The notes: generated by a model not told the origin, from the letters alone. Shown: positions 6,492 through 16,975, counted from the first letter of the stretch. The stretch is 28,439 nucleotides of DNA from Candidatus Peregrinibacteria bacterium (GCA_030595015.1 JAUVDZ010000001.1:1-28439), one strand, 5' to 3'. Program-made: numbers and translations.

Positions 6492-7556
6492 TTACAGATA
6501 CTTTCCTTCCTCTTTTAACTTTTCAACTACTTTTTTAACATCTTGTGAGCGGTTTTTTGCGCAAATTAGAAGTGCATCTTCAGTATCAACTACTACAATG
6601 TCATCTAAACCGATTGTTGCGATTATTTTATTTGGATTGTCTGTTCTAATTACTGAACCTTTTGTGTCGATGCCGATGTGTTTACGGTGCATTACATTTT
6701 CTGTTGATTCCGGAGCTAATTCATCATGGATTGATTCCCACGTACCAACATCGCTCCATCCAAAATCAGCTGGGATTATTTTAACTTCATCAGTTGAAAC
6801 TTTCTCCATTATTGCGTAGTCAATTGAGATTTTTTCGCATGCACTATAGTGTTCGCGGACTTTTGCGTTTTCTTCTTTTGTGCCGATTGAATCTTTAATT
6901 TTCATTAATTTATCGTATGTATCAGGTACATGTTTTTGATATTTTTCTAAAATTGTATCGATTCTCCAAACATACATTCCTGTGTTCCATAAATAGTCTC
7001 CGCAGTCCATAAACTCTTTTGCTTTTTCGAGATCAGGTTTTTCTGTGAAGCCTTTGAACTCTAAAACATCGTCGTTTATAGCTTCTCCGACTTTTACCCA
7101 ACCTAAGTTAACGTTAGGGAAGCGTGCTTTAACTTCAATTATATTAAGAGAGCGCTCGTCGCGAGCTACTTTTTCAGCTAATTCTAGTTTTTCACGGAAT
7201 TGTTGATTGTCTTTCACTAAATGATCAGCATATATAATAGACATCACTTCATCAGGGTCGGCATCAAGGCTTAAGCGCATTGCAGCGTAGCCAATACACG
7301 TTGCTGTGTCTCTAAGAGCAGGTTCCAAAATTATATGATCGTGTGAGATATTAGGAAGTTGTTGAACAATATCATCAAAAAAGTTTTCGTTTGTAGCAAT
7401 ATATATGTTTTCATCGCCAAGATACTTAACTCTTTCATAAGTTTCCTGTAGCATTGTTAAGTCACTTGTGAGTTTTTGGAATTGTTTAGGTCTTTCTCTC
7501 CGGCTTAAAGGCCAGAGTCGTGTTCCTGTGCCACCTGCTAATATTACAGCTTTCAT
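6492..7556 (-). CDS. manC: Mannose-1-phosphate guanylyltransferase (monofunctional, no cupin domain)
   Basis: VILAGGTGTRLWPLSR..RPKQF, EPALRDTA.CI, ADH, F.EKPD, WNTGMYVW, ISIDYAIMEK and WSDVGTW. Confidence 0.93.
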   Translation of the reverse strand: MKAVILAGGTGTRLWPLSRRERPKQFQKLTSDLTMLQETYERVKYLGDENIYIATNENFFDDIVQQLPNISHDHIILEPALRDTATCIGYAAMRLSLDADPDEVMSIIYADHLVKDNQQFREKLELAEKVARDERSLNIIEVKARFPNVNLGWVKVGEAINDDVLEFKGFTEKPDLEKAKEFMDCGDYLWNTGMYVWRIDTILEKYQKHVPDTYDKLMKIKDSIGTKEENAKVREHYSACEKISIDYAIMEKVSTDEVKIIPADFGWSDVGTWESIHDELAPESTENVMHRKHIGIDTKGSVIRTDNPNKIIATIGLDDIVVVDTEDALLICAKNRSQDVKKVVEKLKEEGKYL

Positions 7557-9043
7557 TTCTTAATAATTAATGATTTATCCCAGTCTTTTGGCGGTTTTAT
7601 CCCGAGGAGATCCAGTATAGTCGGAGCAATGTTAGAAAGTCCACCCTTTTTACGTAGTTTTGCCTTTTTATATTCATTTGAACAAAGCATGAATACAACA
7701 GGATTCAATGTGTGACTCGGACACTCTTCTCCATTTTTTTCATAAATCATATAATCTGCGTTTCCATGATCTGCAGTTACAAGCACGTGATATCCTTTAG
7801 TCATAGCCGCAGGAACGACTTTGGTTAGACATTCATCAAGAGTTTGGATAGCCTTTATTGTGGCTTTATAATCACCGGAATGACCAACCAGGTCACCATT
7901 TGCAAAGTTCATTGCTATGAATTTGTACTCATTAATTTTTATATCTTTTAAAAATTCTGTTGTGATTTTTTTTGCACTCATTTCTGGTTTCGAAGCGTAT
8001 GATTTTACTTTCGCACTTGGCACAAGAATTCTCTTTTCATTTTTATATGCTTTCTTATCTTGTGAATTAAAAAAGAAAGTTACGTGTGCATATTTTTCTG
8101 TTTCAGCGATTCTTAATTGTTTATAATTTTTCTTTGAAAGAATTGTTCCAAGATTTGTTTTAAGTTTTGGAGCAGGGAATGCAACCTTTGCTTTTTCTGA
8201 ATAAGGCCCAAAACAACAAAAATAGGGCTTGATTCCTTTCATAAACTTTTCAGTAAGCTGAGATGCTCTATCGGTCCTGTAGTTGAAGAAAATCACACTA
8301 TCTTTTTTGGTGATTTTTCCATTTTTATCCAAAACCACCGGTTCAATATAGTAATCTGACTCAATATTTTTTTTGTACTGATTTTTCAAAGCTTGTATTG
8401 GATCATCTTCAAAATGGCCTTTCATTTTAGTTAATAAATCATATGCTTTTTTTGTACGATTCCAATTTGTATCTCGGTCCATTGCAAAATATCTTCCAAC
8501 CATTGTTGCAATTTTTCCAACTCCAATTGCAGCTATTTCTTTTTGAACTCTTTTGATAAATTTATCACCTGAACGCTCCGGAACATCACGACCATCCATA
8601 AACATGTGAATATAAACTTCTTTAATTTTATGTTTTTTAGCGAGTTTTAATAAAGTGAATAGGTGATTGTAATTTGAATGAAGGCCTGCGTCAGAAATCA
8701 TTCCCATTAAATGTAGCTTACTTCCTTTCTTCTTGGCATTTTTAAATGCACCTTCGACTTCTTTGATTTTATCTAGTTTATTGTTTTTGATAACCTGATC
8801 AATTGTTTTCATTGCTCCTAAAACGATTTTACCAGCTCCCATTGTGTAATGACCAACTTCAGAGCCTCCTTGAAAGCCTGGAGGTAAGCCTACAGCAGGC
8901 CCATGGGCTCCAAGTAGAGTTTTAGGGTATGTTCGTCTTAATTTATCTATAAAAGGGGTTTTAGCATTAGTAACAGCGTTCCCTTTATACTTTTTGCCCT
9001 CACCATATCCATCTAAAATAATTAATAGAACTTTTTTATCCAT
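7553..9043 (-). CDS. gpmI: 2,3-bisphosphoglycerate-independent phosphoglycerate mutase
   Basis: LIILDGYG, SEVGH (phospho-Ser), DGRD, GRYFAMDRD, NYRTDRA, ETEKYAHVTFFFN, N.DLVGHSG, TADHGNA and HT.NPV. Confidence 0.96.
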   Translation of the reverse strand: MDKKVLLIILDGYGEGKKYKGNAVTNAKTPFIDKLRRTYPKTLLGAHGPAVGLPPGFQGGSEVGHYTMGAGKIVLGAMKTIDQVIKNNKLDKIKEVEGAFKNAKKKGSKLHLMGMISDAGLHSNYNHLFTLLKLAKKHKIKEVYIHMFMDGRDVPERSGDKFIKRVQKEIAAIGVGKIATMVGRYFAMDRDTNWNRTKKAYDLLTKMKGHFEDDPIQALKNQYKKNIESDYYIEPVVLDKNGKITKKDSVIFFNYRTDRASQLTEKFMKGIKPYFCCFGPYSEKAKVAFPAPKLKTNLGTILSKKNYKQLRIAETEKYAHVTFFFNSQDKKAYKNEKRILVPSAKVKSYASKPEMSAKKITTEFLKDIKINEYKFIAMNFANGDLVGHSGDYKATIKAIQTLDECLTKVVPAAMTKGYHVLVTADHGNADYMIYEKNGEECPSHTLNPVVFMLCSNEYKKAKLRKKGGLSNIAPTILDLLGIKPPKDWDKSLIIKK

Positions 9044-9846
9044 TAGAAAATTGAGTTTAAATAAATGTCGAGAATTAAGTCACCGAACAATAAAGTAACA
9101 AAAGTACCGATTACTAAAAACGGTGCAAAAGGTATTTGCGACTTTGGTGTGACTTTTTTTAAAGCTAATAAAGCTATGCTAATAATAGAACCAATAATGT
9201 AACTTATCAAAACAGCTAGTATTAAAAGCTGCCATCCAAACAATAATCCCATCAGGATCCCAACCTGAACATCGCCTGCACCAAGCCATTTTTCTTTGCT
9301 TATCCATACTTGTGCTCCAAAAAACAAACCTCCTAAAGCTCCGCCAATTACCATGCTTTGCAATCCTGGTTCAGGTAGAAATAATCCAACCACAAATATT
9401 AAAAGAATTGTTGGGAGTGTAAAAATTTCAGGGATTTCTAAATGTTTTGTGTCATAAAAAAGAATTCCAATCAGAATCCATCCTACAAAAACAAAGTATA
9501 TAAATTTTAAAAGTAGAATAAAATCAAAAAATATTATTGCATCAAAATTGAAAGTAAAAAATGGATAAACGAGATAAAAAGAAACAAATAAAAGTCCACA
9601 TACTAATTCTAATAAAAGATAACTGATGTGGATGGGTTTTTTGCAATGAGCACACTTGCCTAAATGCATTAAATAGCTAACTACAGGTATTAAGTCTGAC
9701 CATTTTAAATGTTTATGACAGTATAGGCATTCTGATTTTCCAAAGAAAATCCCTTTTTTTTCTTTATGAAGTCGATAAATAACTACGCTTAAAAAACTTC
9801 CGAATGCTGCCCCGATAATGAAGAGTACAATAATTGGAAGTATCAT
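9043..9846 (-). CDS. pilD: Prepilin peptidase (A24 family, PilD-like)
   Basis: GSFLSVVIYRL, two CxxC pairs (CLYC, CAHC), LIPVVSYL, YD...LEIP, LGAGDV and IPFAPFL; multi-pass TM protein. Confidence 0.93.
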   Translation of the reverse strand: MILPIIVLFIIGAAFGSFLSVVIYRLHKEKKGIFFGKSECLYCHKHLKWSDLIPVVSYLMHLGKCAHCKKPIHISYLLLELVCGLLFVSFYLVYPFFTFNFDAIIFFDFILLLKFIYFVFVGWILIGILFYDTKHLEIPEIFTLPTILLIFVVGLFLPEPGLQSMVIGGALGGLFFGAQVWISKEKWLGAGDVQVGILMGLLFGWQLLILAVLISYIIGSIISIALLALKKVTPKSQIPFAPFLVIGTFVTLLFGDLILDIYLNSIF

Positions 9847-9849
9847 ATT

Positions 9850-11274
9850 TTAGTTTAAAATATTAGCAAGTAATTCATTATATCTTTCTGCTGCAAGTTT
9901 ACCAACAGCTGATCCATCACCTAACTCATATGCTTTTTTGTACATCTCTCTTGCGCGACTATCATCACCCTGGAGTTCATACATTGTTCCTAAATTTAAG
10001 TAAGGAGCATCAAAAGCATGATCAAATGTTAAAGCTTTTTGTAAGTTTTTTTTTCCGTTAATAAAGTCATTGTTTGAAATTTGTGCCCATCCTAATAAAT
10101 TAAAAGCCATAGGGTTATCAGGATGATTAATGCTCGCGATTTCAGCTAACTCAACCGCTTTTGCGGGATTACTAACTTTATCAATATAAACCCAAATCGG
10201 CCGCACAAAATAATCCAAATCGCTCGCATTCATGCTAATAACTTCTTCATATTTTTCACTCGCTTTTTCATAATCCTCTACTTGAAAATATAGTTCTGCC
10301 AATTTTTGTTCTACATGAATTTTAGGTTCATAATTTAATTTCAAAGCAAGTTCCAATGACTTAATTGCATCTTCCAGTTGATTATTTCCTGCGTAAGCCA
10401 AACCTAAGTAAAATAAAGTCTCTGGTTTATCAGGATCCTGCCTTGCTGCTTCTTCTAACGCATCAACTGCATCCTGATAGCTATTTAACTGAAGATAACT
10501 GTAACCCAAAACAATCCAGGCATCACGATAAGTTCGATCCTCCTTTAAAACCTGCCACAAAAGCTCTTTTGCCATTTGCGGTTGTTCGTTTTGCACCATT
10601 GCACGCGCAACCAAAACTTTTAAATGTTCATGAAGTCCGGCTTGATATGCATCAAATTCATTCATTGCATTAATCATTCTCTGTGTTTTTGCTTTAATAT
10701 CCAGTGATGGATTTTTTTCAGGATCAATAGCGCCATTTAATAAACCACGAGCTCTTTCATACTCTCCAAAATATAAAGCAATCATACCCTGATAATAAAG
10801 AACATCCGGGTAATCAATTGTGATACTGTCTAGTATGGTTTTTGCTTCAGTGAATTGCTCTAAGCCAATATTTGCACGTCCTAAAATTACTTTTGCGTCA
10901 GTATTTGTTTCGTTTTTTTGTAGGATTTTAGTAGCAAGATTTTTTGCCCCTTCATAATTTCCTTCCAAAATTTGAAGTTCACCGATTTCAACTAAAGGTT
11001 CGATTCTGTCTGGCTCTTCTTCACTTGCATTAGTATATGAATCGATTGCAAGAGCGTAAAATCCACTTGTTTTAAATGTATCTCCTTTTTGCATATATTC
11101 TTCATAGGATTTTCGACGTTCTACTTTATCCGGAGTATCTGGGACTTCAACTAAAATAGTTTCTTCAGGTCGGTCTTTTAGAAAATTAATATCTATTACA
11201 TCAAAAACATATAGTGATAAAACTACTAATGTAATTAATAATATGATATTTAGGACGGTAAGTATTCTTCTCAT
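9850..11274 (-). CDS. Membrane-anchored tetratricopeptide-repeat (TPR) protein
   Basis: One N-terminal TM helix followed by many 34-aa TPR units, e.g. AWIVLGYSYLQLNSYQDAVDALEEAARQDPDK and TLFYLGLAYAGNNQLEDAIKSLELALKLN. Confidence 0.88.
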   Translation of the reverse strand: MRRILTVLNIILLITLVVLSLYVFDVIDINFLKDRPEETILVEVPDTPDKVERRKSYEEYMQKGDTFKTSGFYALAIDSYTNASEEEPDRIEPLVEIGELQILEGNYEGAKNLATKILQKNETNTDAKVILGRANIGLEQFTEAKTILDSITIDYPDVLYYQGMIALYFGEYERARGLLNGAIDPEKNPSLDIKAKTQRMINAMNEFDAYQAGLHEHLKVLVARAMVQNEQPQMAKELLWQVLKEDRTYRDAWIVLGYSYLQLNSYQDAVDALEEAARQDPDKPETLFYLGLAYAGNNQLEDAIKSLELALKLNYEPKIHVEQKLAELYFQVEDYEKASEKYEEVISMNASDLDYFVRPIWVYIDKVSNPAKAVELAEIASINHPDNPMAFNLLGWAQISNNDFINGKKNLQKALTFDHAFDAPYLNLGTMYELQGDDSRAREMYKKAYELGDGSAVGKLAAERYNELLANILN

Positions 11275-11768
11275 GCGGGAACAGTGTAAAGTGATTGATT
11301 GTTTAAGCAGTGCCCGTGAGTAACTGCTATTGCAAGCGCATCAGCAGCATCATCGGGTTTTGGAATATCTTCTAAATTTAAAAGTATTTGCATCATTTTT
11401 TGAATTTGAGGTTTCTTTGCTTTTCCATCTGAACAAATTGCCTGTTTAATTTGCATTGGATTATAAGAGGCAACTGGAATCTGTTCTTCTGTTATTTTTT
11501 GCATAATTACGCCTCGTGCCTGAGCAACGCTAATTGCAGTTTTAACATTTTTTGAGAAAAATATCTCTTCAACTGCTGCATAGTCAGGTTTAAATTTGCT
11601 AATTATAATTGAAAGATCAAAAGCTATTTCATTGAGTCTTGCGGGAAGTTCTAAATCTTTTGAAGTAGTTATGCAACCGTATGTAATCATTTTAAAACCA
11701 TTAGGTCCTTCTTCTACTACGCCATATCCAGTTGTTGCAGTACCAGGATCGATACCTAAAATACGCAT
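11271..11768 (-). CDS. ruvC: Holliday junction resolvase RuvC
   Basis: ILGIDPG...TGYGV, AVEEIFF.KN, QARGV, IKQAI and DDAADALAIA. Confidence 0.97.
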   Translation of the reverse strand: MRILGIDPGTATTGYGVVEEGPNGFKMITYGCITTSKDLELPARLNEIAFDLSIIISKFKPDYAAVEEIFFSKNVKTAISVAQARGVIMQKITEEQIPVASYNPMQIKQAICSDGKAKKPQIQKMMQILLNLEDIPKPDDAADALAIAVTHGHCLNNQSLYTVPA

Positions 11769-11804
11769 AAAATAAAAAGTGTTACATACCTTCCTATTTT
11801 ACTT

Positions 11805-13178
11805 TTATAAAGTCGTTGATACAATATGATTTTGCTTATTTCCAGTGTATAAAATAGCAACTTTCTTACCTTTTTCTCTCGGAAGCAGCTTTTTTATATC
11901 TTTAAGGTAATTTTTCTTTGTAACTTTTCCAACCACAATATCATTTATTCCCCATAATAGAGCCAATTGATTTGCAGTCTTTTTTGAATTGGTAATTACG
12001 ATAGTTGGAACGTAACATCTGTGTTTTGAAACATAACGAGCTTGTTTGTCATCATCAGTAACAACAATTATTCGATCAGCCTTGGTTTTTTCAGCGATTT
12101 TACAAATTTCAAGACCCAAAGCATCCAATAAAACTTCTTTATTATGAATCTGCCTCACTGGCAGCAAGTGATCATATTTTTTTAATTCAGCTTCAACCAG
12201 AGTCGCAACTTTTGCAAACATCTGCACAGCTTTAATAGGATATTTGCCAACAGCAGTTTCATTTGAAAGCATAATTCCATCTGAATGATCATAAATTGAA
12301 TTCGCAATATCACTAACTTCAGCTCTGGAAGGCGTAGGATTATTAACCATTGAAGCAAGCATTTGAGTGGCTGTAATAACAGGCTTTCCAGCTAGATTAC
12401 AAAGCCGAATTATTTCTTTTTGAACAATCGGAACCCTCTCAGGACCAATCTCCATCGCTAAATCACCACGCGCAACCATCAAAGCATCTGAAGCCTCAAT
12501 TATCTCTTTTAAATTCTCAACAGCCTCACTTCTTTCAATTTTTGCAATAATTTTCACGTTTTGACCTTCTAATAGTTTTCGTAAATTGTGAATATCCTTT
12601 GCTTCTGTTACAAAACTCAAAGCGACATAATCAATATTTTGAGTTAATCCAAATTTGAGATCCTTTTTATCTTTCGCAGTGATAGGGGATATTGAGATAG
12701 TCGCGTTAGGAACGTTAATCCCTTTATTTGCACGAATCACACCTGAATTCAAAACTTTACAATGAATATCTTTTTTAGCCTTTCGCACTACTTTAAGCTC
12801 AATCAATCCATCATCAATAAGTAAGAGAGAACCTTTTTTAACGTCTTTATAAAGGCCTTTATATTGAACCGGTATTTTATTATCGGATTTAGGCCCACAA
12901 GTTAAAATAATCTCTTTGCCCTTTGTGACTTTTGTATCATCAATTTTTCCAACTCGAATTTTAGGACCCTGAAGATCCTGCATAATAGCCAGAGGAACGC
13001 CAACTTTCTTAGCTGCAGCTCTAATTCTTTTAATTAAAAGCGCATGATTATCATAAGATCCATGCGAAAAGTTAAGTCTAGCAACATCCATTCCAGCTTT
13101 CATCAGCTTTTGCAATATTTCCGGCGATTCTGATGCCGGACCAAGCGTACAAACAAATTTTGTATTATGAGCTCTCAT
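11805..13178 (-). CDS. pyk: Pyruvate kinase
   Basis: TKFVCTLGPAS, ARLNFSHG, DLQGPKIRVG, IIAKIER, MVARGDLAME, ATQMLASM and MLSNETAVG.YP. Confidence 0.97.
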   Translation of the reverse strand: MRAHNTKFVCTLGPASESPEILQKLMKAGMDVARLNFSHGSYDNHALLIKRIRAAAKKVGVPLAIMQDLQGPKIRVGKIDDTKVTKGKEIILTCGPKSDNKIPVQYKGLYKDVKKGSLLLIDDGLIELKVVRKAKKDIHCKVLNSGVIRANKGINVPNATISISPITAKDKKDLKFGLTQNIDYVALSFVTEAKDIHNLRKLLEGQNVKIIAKIERSEAVENLKEIIEASDALMVARGDLAMEIGPERVPIVQKEIIRLCNLAGKPVITATQMLASMVNNPTPSRAEVSDIANSIYDHSDGIMLSNETAVGKYPIKAVQMFAKVATLVEAELKKYDHLLPVRQIHNKEVLLDALGLEICKIAEKTKADRIIVVTDDDKQARYVSKHRCYVPTIVITNSKKTANQLALLWGINDIVVGKVTKKNYLKDIKKLLPREKGKKVAILYTGNKQNHIVSTTL

Positions 13179-13200
13179 AAAACGAGTTTAATTTCCCTCT

Positions 13201-13209
13201 ATTATACCA
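13201..13209 (-). promoter_or_regulatory. Extended -10 promoter TG-G-TATAAT for pyk, lying in the loop of a CCCTCT/AGAGGG inverted repeat
   Basis: attataccag at 13201-13210; IR arms at 13195-13200 and 13213-13218. Confidence 0.55.
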
Positions 13210-13226
13210 GAAAGAGGGGATTTATG

Positions 13227-14432
13227 CTATTCACTTCTTAGTGCATCAACGGGGTCAAGTCTACTTGCTTTTAATGCAGGATAAAAACCAAAGAATATTC
13301 CAACAATAACAGAGAAAGAGAATGCAATTACAACCCCTAATACTGAGGCAACGACGGTCATATTTGCAAATTTTTCTACTAAAGGTAAAATCGCTTGTCC
13401 GACGCCAATTCCTATGACGCCACCAATAATTGAAAGTATAATTGATTCAAGTAAAAATTGCATAAGTATATCACTTTGTTTTCCTCCAATTGCTTTTGCG
13501 ACTCCAATTTCTTTTGTTCTCTCTGCAACAGTAACAAACATTACGTTCATTATTCCAACACCTGATACTAGCAATACAATTGCAGCGACTGAGGTTAGCA
13601 ATATTGTCATGGTTGAAGCAGTACTTTGAGCTGCTCCGATTATACTACCTGCATTTAATAACCTGAAATCATCATCTTTATCTGCTTTAAGATTATGCGC
13701 TTCTCTTAATATTAAACCTAGTTCTTCAAAAGCAAGATCTATCACGTCAAGATTATCTGCTAACACTGTAAGCATAATTCGAGTACCAGTACCTAGAATG
13801 CTTTTTTCTGCTGTTGAATAAGGGATGTAAATTGAATCATCATATGAAAGGAATTGGCCCATTGTTGTTCCTGTTTCTTCTAAAGTACCAATTACTTCAA
13901 GAGTTTTAGCTCCAACATTAATTGTTTCCCCGATTGCAGATTCCGGATCTCCATCAAATAATTCTTCTACAATTGTACTTCCAAGTACTGCAACTCTTGC
14001 TCTATTATCGTTATCTTCTTCAGTATAAAGTTCGCCAATAACTAAATTTAGATTTGAAATTTCAAATTGATTTGGCAAGGCTCCAAATATTGTAAATTGA
14101 TTTGATGCTCTACCGTAAGAAACTTGCATATCTCCGCTAACAGCAGCAGTTGCAGTGTCGATATATTGTTCATTTGACATAATAGTATTAACATCTTCAG
14201 CACTGATTTTAGAAGCTGTTGTGACACTTTGTCCTCTGCTTTCTAATACAATAATTGATGTAACACTTAAATTTTTATATTGGTCTGCAACATCTTGCTG
14301 AGCACCTGCACCGATACCCACTACTGCAATAACTGTTGAAACTCCGATTATAATTCCAAGCATTGATAGCAAAGTCCTAATTTTGTTGGCCAATAGAGCT
14401 TCAATGGCCATTCTTAACATTTCAAAACTCAT
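13227..14432 (-). CDS. ABC transporter permease, MacB/FtsX type
   Basis: RTLLSMLGIIIGVSTVIA, a large periplasmic domain, GVGIMNVMFVTVAERTKEIGV.KAIG and FFGFYPA.KASRLDPVDALRSE. Confidence 0.93.
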   Translation of the reverse strand: MSFEMLRMAIEALLANKIRTLLSMLGIIIGVSTVIAVVGIGAGAQQDVADQYKNLSVTSIIVLESRGQSVTTASKISAEDVNTIMSNEQYIDTATAAVSGDMQVSYGRASNQFTIFGALPNQFEISNLNLVIGELYTEEDNDNRARVAVLGSTIVEELFDGDPESAIGETINVGAKTLEVIGTLEETGTTMGQFLSYDDSIYIPYSTAEKSILGTGTRIMLTVLADNLDVIDLAFEELGLILREAHNLKADKDDDFRLLNAGSIIGAAQSTASTMTILLTSVAAIVLLVSGVGIMNVMFVTVAERTKEIGVAKAIGGKQSDILMQFLLESIILSIIGGVIGIGVGQAILPLVEKFANMTVVASVLGVVIAFSFSVIVGIFFGFYPALKASRLDPVDALRSE

Positions 14433-15136
14433 AATTTGGGTAGTTTATAGTCCTGATCAATTATTTGACCATCTCTTAAAAATATAATTCTGTCTCCATA
14501 TGTGGCGATAGCTGGTTCATGTGTAACCATAATTATTGTTTTTCCTTTCTCATTTAAATCTTTAAAAATTTTCATTACTTCTTTACCAGATTTTGTATCT
14601 AATGCTCCAGTTGGCTCATCAGCTAAAATTATTTCAGGATCGTTTACTAATGATCGTGCAATTGCAACACGTTGTTGTTGGCCACCTGATAGTTCAGTAG
14701 GCTTATGATGAATCCTGTCTTCAAGTCCTAGACTTTTTAGAATTTTAGCTGCATTTTCTTCACGTTCATGTTTTGGCGAACCTGCATATAACGCAGGAAG
14801 TGCAACATTTTTTAATGCTGTTGATTTTGAAAGTAAATTGAATTGTTGAAAAACAAATCCAATTAATTTATTTCTAATAAAAGCTAAAGTGTAGTCATCA
14901 CGTACAGTGCCAATATTTTCACCTTTCATATGATAACTACCACTTGTTAAAGGATGAAGGCATCCAAGTATGTTTAGTAAAGTAGATTTCCCTCCACCAC
15001 TTTCACCCATTATTACTAAAAATTCACCTTTATTAACAGTAAGATCTAATCCTTTTAAAATAGGGACTTCAATACCGTTAGATAGGAAGTATGATTTATG
15101 AATATTTTCTAAATGAATTAAGATATTTTCTGGCAT
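14429..15136 (-). CDS. ABC transporter ATP-binding protein, MacB/LolD type
   Basis: Walker [21 protein letters not shown], signature [13 protein letters not shown], Walker [12 protein letters not shown] and H-loop VTHE. Confidence 0.95.
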   Translation of the reverse strand: MPENILIHLENIHKSYFLSNGIEVPILKGLDLTVNKGEFLVIMGESGGGKSTLLNILGCLHPLTSGSYHMKGENIGTVRDDYTLAFIRNKLIGFVFQQFNLLSKSTALKNVALPALYAGSPKHEREENAAKILKSLGLEDRIHHKPTELSGGQQQRVAIARSLVNDPEIILADEPTGALDTKSGKEVMKIFKDLNEKGKTIIMVTHEPAIATYGDRIIFLRDGQIIDQDYKLPKL

Positions 15137-15141
15137 TTTAA

Positions 15142-16962
15142 TTATTTATAAATTTTATCACCAGCATTAAGGCCACTAATTATTTCAACTTTACTACCAT
15201 CTGTGAAGCCAGTTATAACATTCAGCCATTCATTATTTTCCATTTGAACTGAGGGTTTACCTTCGTAATTTTTGACAGCAGATACAGGGATCACTAGGAC
15301 ATCAGTAGTTTCTGAAATAACAAATTCTACAAAACTTGTCATACCTTCTCTAATTCCAGCGTCTCTAACATCATCTAATAAAATTCTAACTAAATAAGTT
15401 ACAATGCCACTGTTATCAGTTTTTGAGGTTAAAGAGACATAACTAACTTCACCAGTTAATTTCACTCCTTCAACCGCATCAAATGTTGCATATATTTTTT
15501 GATTAACGCTAATTTTATTTATATCCATTTCTTCTACATTAGCTTCAATATAAAAAGTGTCTTTATTTAAAATAGTTACAAATGATTCATTGGTATCTTT
15601 GACAATATATTCATCAACTTTACCGTTTAATTGCGCAATTTCGCCATTAATTGGCGCGTAGAGTGTTGCTAATTGGATATCATAATTCAGTTTATCAATT
15701 CTATATTGAGATTTATCAACGGCTGCTTTTAATGAAGTTAAATCTGTACTACTTATACCTTCATTTTTTTGATCTAATTGTATTTCTGCATTTTCAAGTT
15801 GAAGAAGCGCATCTTCTTCTGATGCATCTGCTTTTGTTTTAGCAGTTTTTAAACTTATTACTGCTTCATCATATTTGTCCTGAATAGTATCTTCGCTATT
15901 TTCTAACTTAGCAGAATCAATTGCCTGATTAGCATTAATTAAAGATTCTTTTTGAGAATTTATTGATGATTGCTGACTAGTAATTAAATTAATAAATGAT
16001 TCTAATTCAGTTTCTGTATAAGTTGATTCAAAACTCTGATAATCAAGAGAGATCCTCATCAAATCAAGCATTTCCTGAGTATTTTCAATAACATTTAAAG
16101 CTGAGTCCAAATTTTCCATAATTAAATCCTCACCATCTTCAAATTTTATATCATCATATGTATTTTTGTGTTCATTATACAAATTAATAACAACATTATA
16201 TTGTAAATCTGTATAAATTACATTTTGAAGATTTCTGACTTTATTATATTTATATGAGTTTTCATAAAGCACTTTTTCAATAGCAGCAATTGAACTATTA
16301 ACTGCTAATATTGAACTATTTACTTTTGAAATTGAATCCTCTAAAGCCTGATTAACCTTAAGCTGATCTTGCTCGATTTCATCATCAATATTGTCCAGAT
16401 TTTTTTTTGCTTGTTCATAATCAAGCTCAGCTTTTTCAATATCCAATTCATTTTGTTTAATAATTTGATCTAAATTTGCTTGAGCCTGCTCAACATTCAA
16501 TAGCGCTAGCTCAAGCTCGTTCTCAGTTACATCATTTTCTTTTGCTTCTAAATTAGCTTTTGCAATCTCTAAATCAGCATAGGCAGAAGCAAGATCAATT
16601 CCCATGTAAGTGGTATCAACTTTAGCTAGCTTCGCACCTTTTACTACAAAGTCGCCTTCATTTACGTATATTGCATCTATTGTGGTCCCAGAAGTGCTAA
16701 AAGATAGGTCAACGCCATCCTCAGCTACAACTTTACCATCTGTTTCAATAGAAACAGTTATATCATCTTTAGCAACTGTATAAATTTGTCTTTCAACAAC
16801 TTTATTGTCTGTATCTCCATCTTCAAAGAAAGAAAAAATACCAAGTATCAATAATAATATTATTCCAACTGCTAATAGTAATTTCCATTTTTTAAATATT
16901 TTATGCACTAAACCATTTAGACCCTTTGAATTTCTGCTTTGCTCCAGTATTGATTTTTCCAT
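15142..16962 (-). CDS. Efflux periplasmic adaptor (MacA/YknX-like) with a very long helical hairpin
   Basis: TM anchor, split lipoyl halves (IYVNEGDFVVKGAKLAKVD at aa 98-116 and LYAPINGEI at aa 434), beta-barrel VEEMDINKI..GMT and C-terminal VEIISGLNAGD. Confidence 0.9.
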   Translation of the reverse strand: MEKSILEQSRNSKGLNGLVHKIFKKWKLLLAVGIILLLILGIFSFFEDGDTDNKVVERQIYTVAKDDITVSIETDGKVVAEDGVDLSFSTSGTTIDAIYVNEGDFVVKGAKLAKVDTTYMGIDLASAYADLEIAKANLEAKENDVTENELELALLNVEQAQANLDQIIKQNELDIEKAELDYEQAKKNLDNIDDEIEQDQLKVNQALEDSISKVNSSILAVNSSIAAIEKVLYENSYKYNKVRNLQNVIYTDLQYNVVINLYNEHKNTYDDIKFEDGEDLIMENLDSALNVIENTQEMLDLMRISLDYQSFESTYTETELESFINLITSQQSSINSQKESLINANQAIDSAKLENSEDTIQDKYDEAVISLKTAKTKADASEEDALLQLENAEIQLDQKNEGISSTDLTSLKAAVDKSQYRIDKLNYDIQLATLYAPINGEIAQLNGKVDEYIVKDTNESFVTILNKDTFYIEANVEEMDINKISVNQKIYATFDAVEGVKLTGEVSYVSLTSKTDNSGIVTYLVRILLDDVRDAGIREGMTSFVEFVISETTDVLVIPVSAVKNYEGKPSVQMENNEWLNVITGFTDGSKVEIISGLNAGDKIYK

Positions 16963-16975
16963 TTTTATAAAATGA

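Noticed and set aside
6225-6819. Plus-strand ORFs 6225-6476 and 6418-6819
   Set aside because: Antisense to the cupin and manC, with the composition typical of reverse-strand shadows.
7917-15842. ORFs 7917-8126, 10365-10673, 13414-13629, 14502-14708 and 15651-15842
   Set aside because: Fully nested antisense to well-supported genes.
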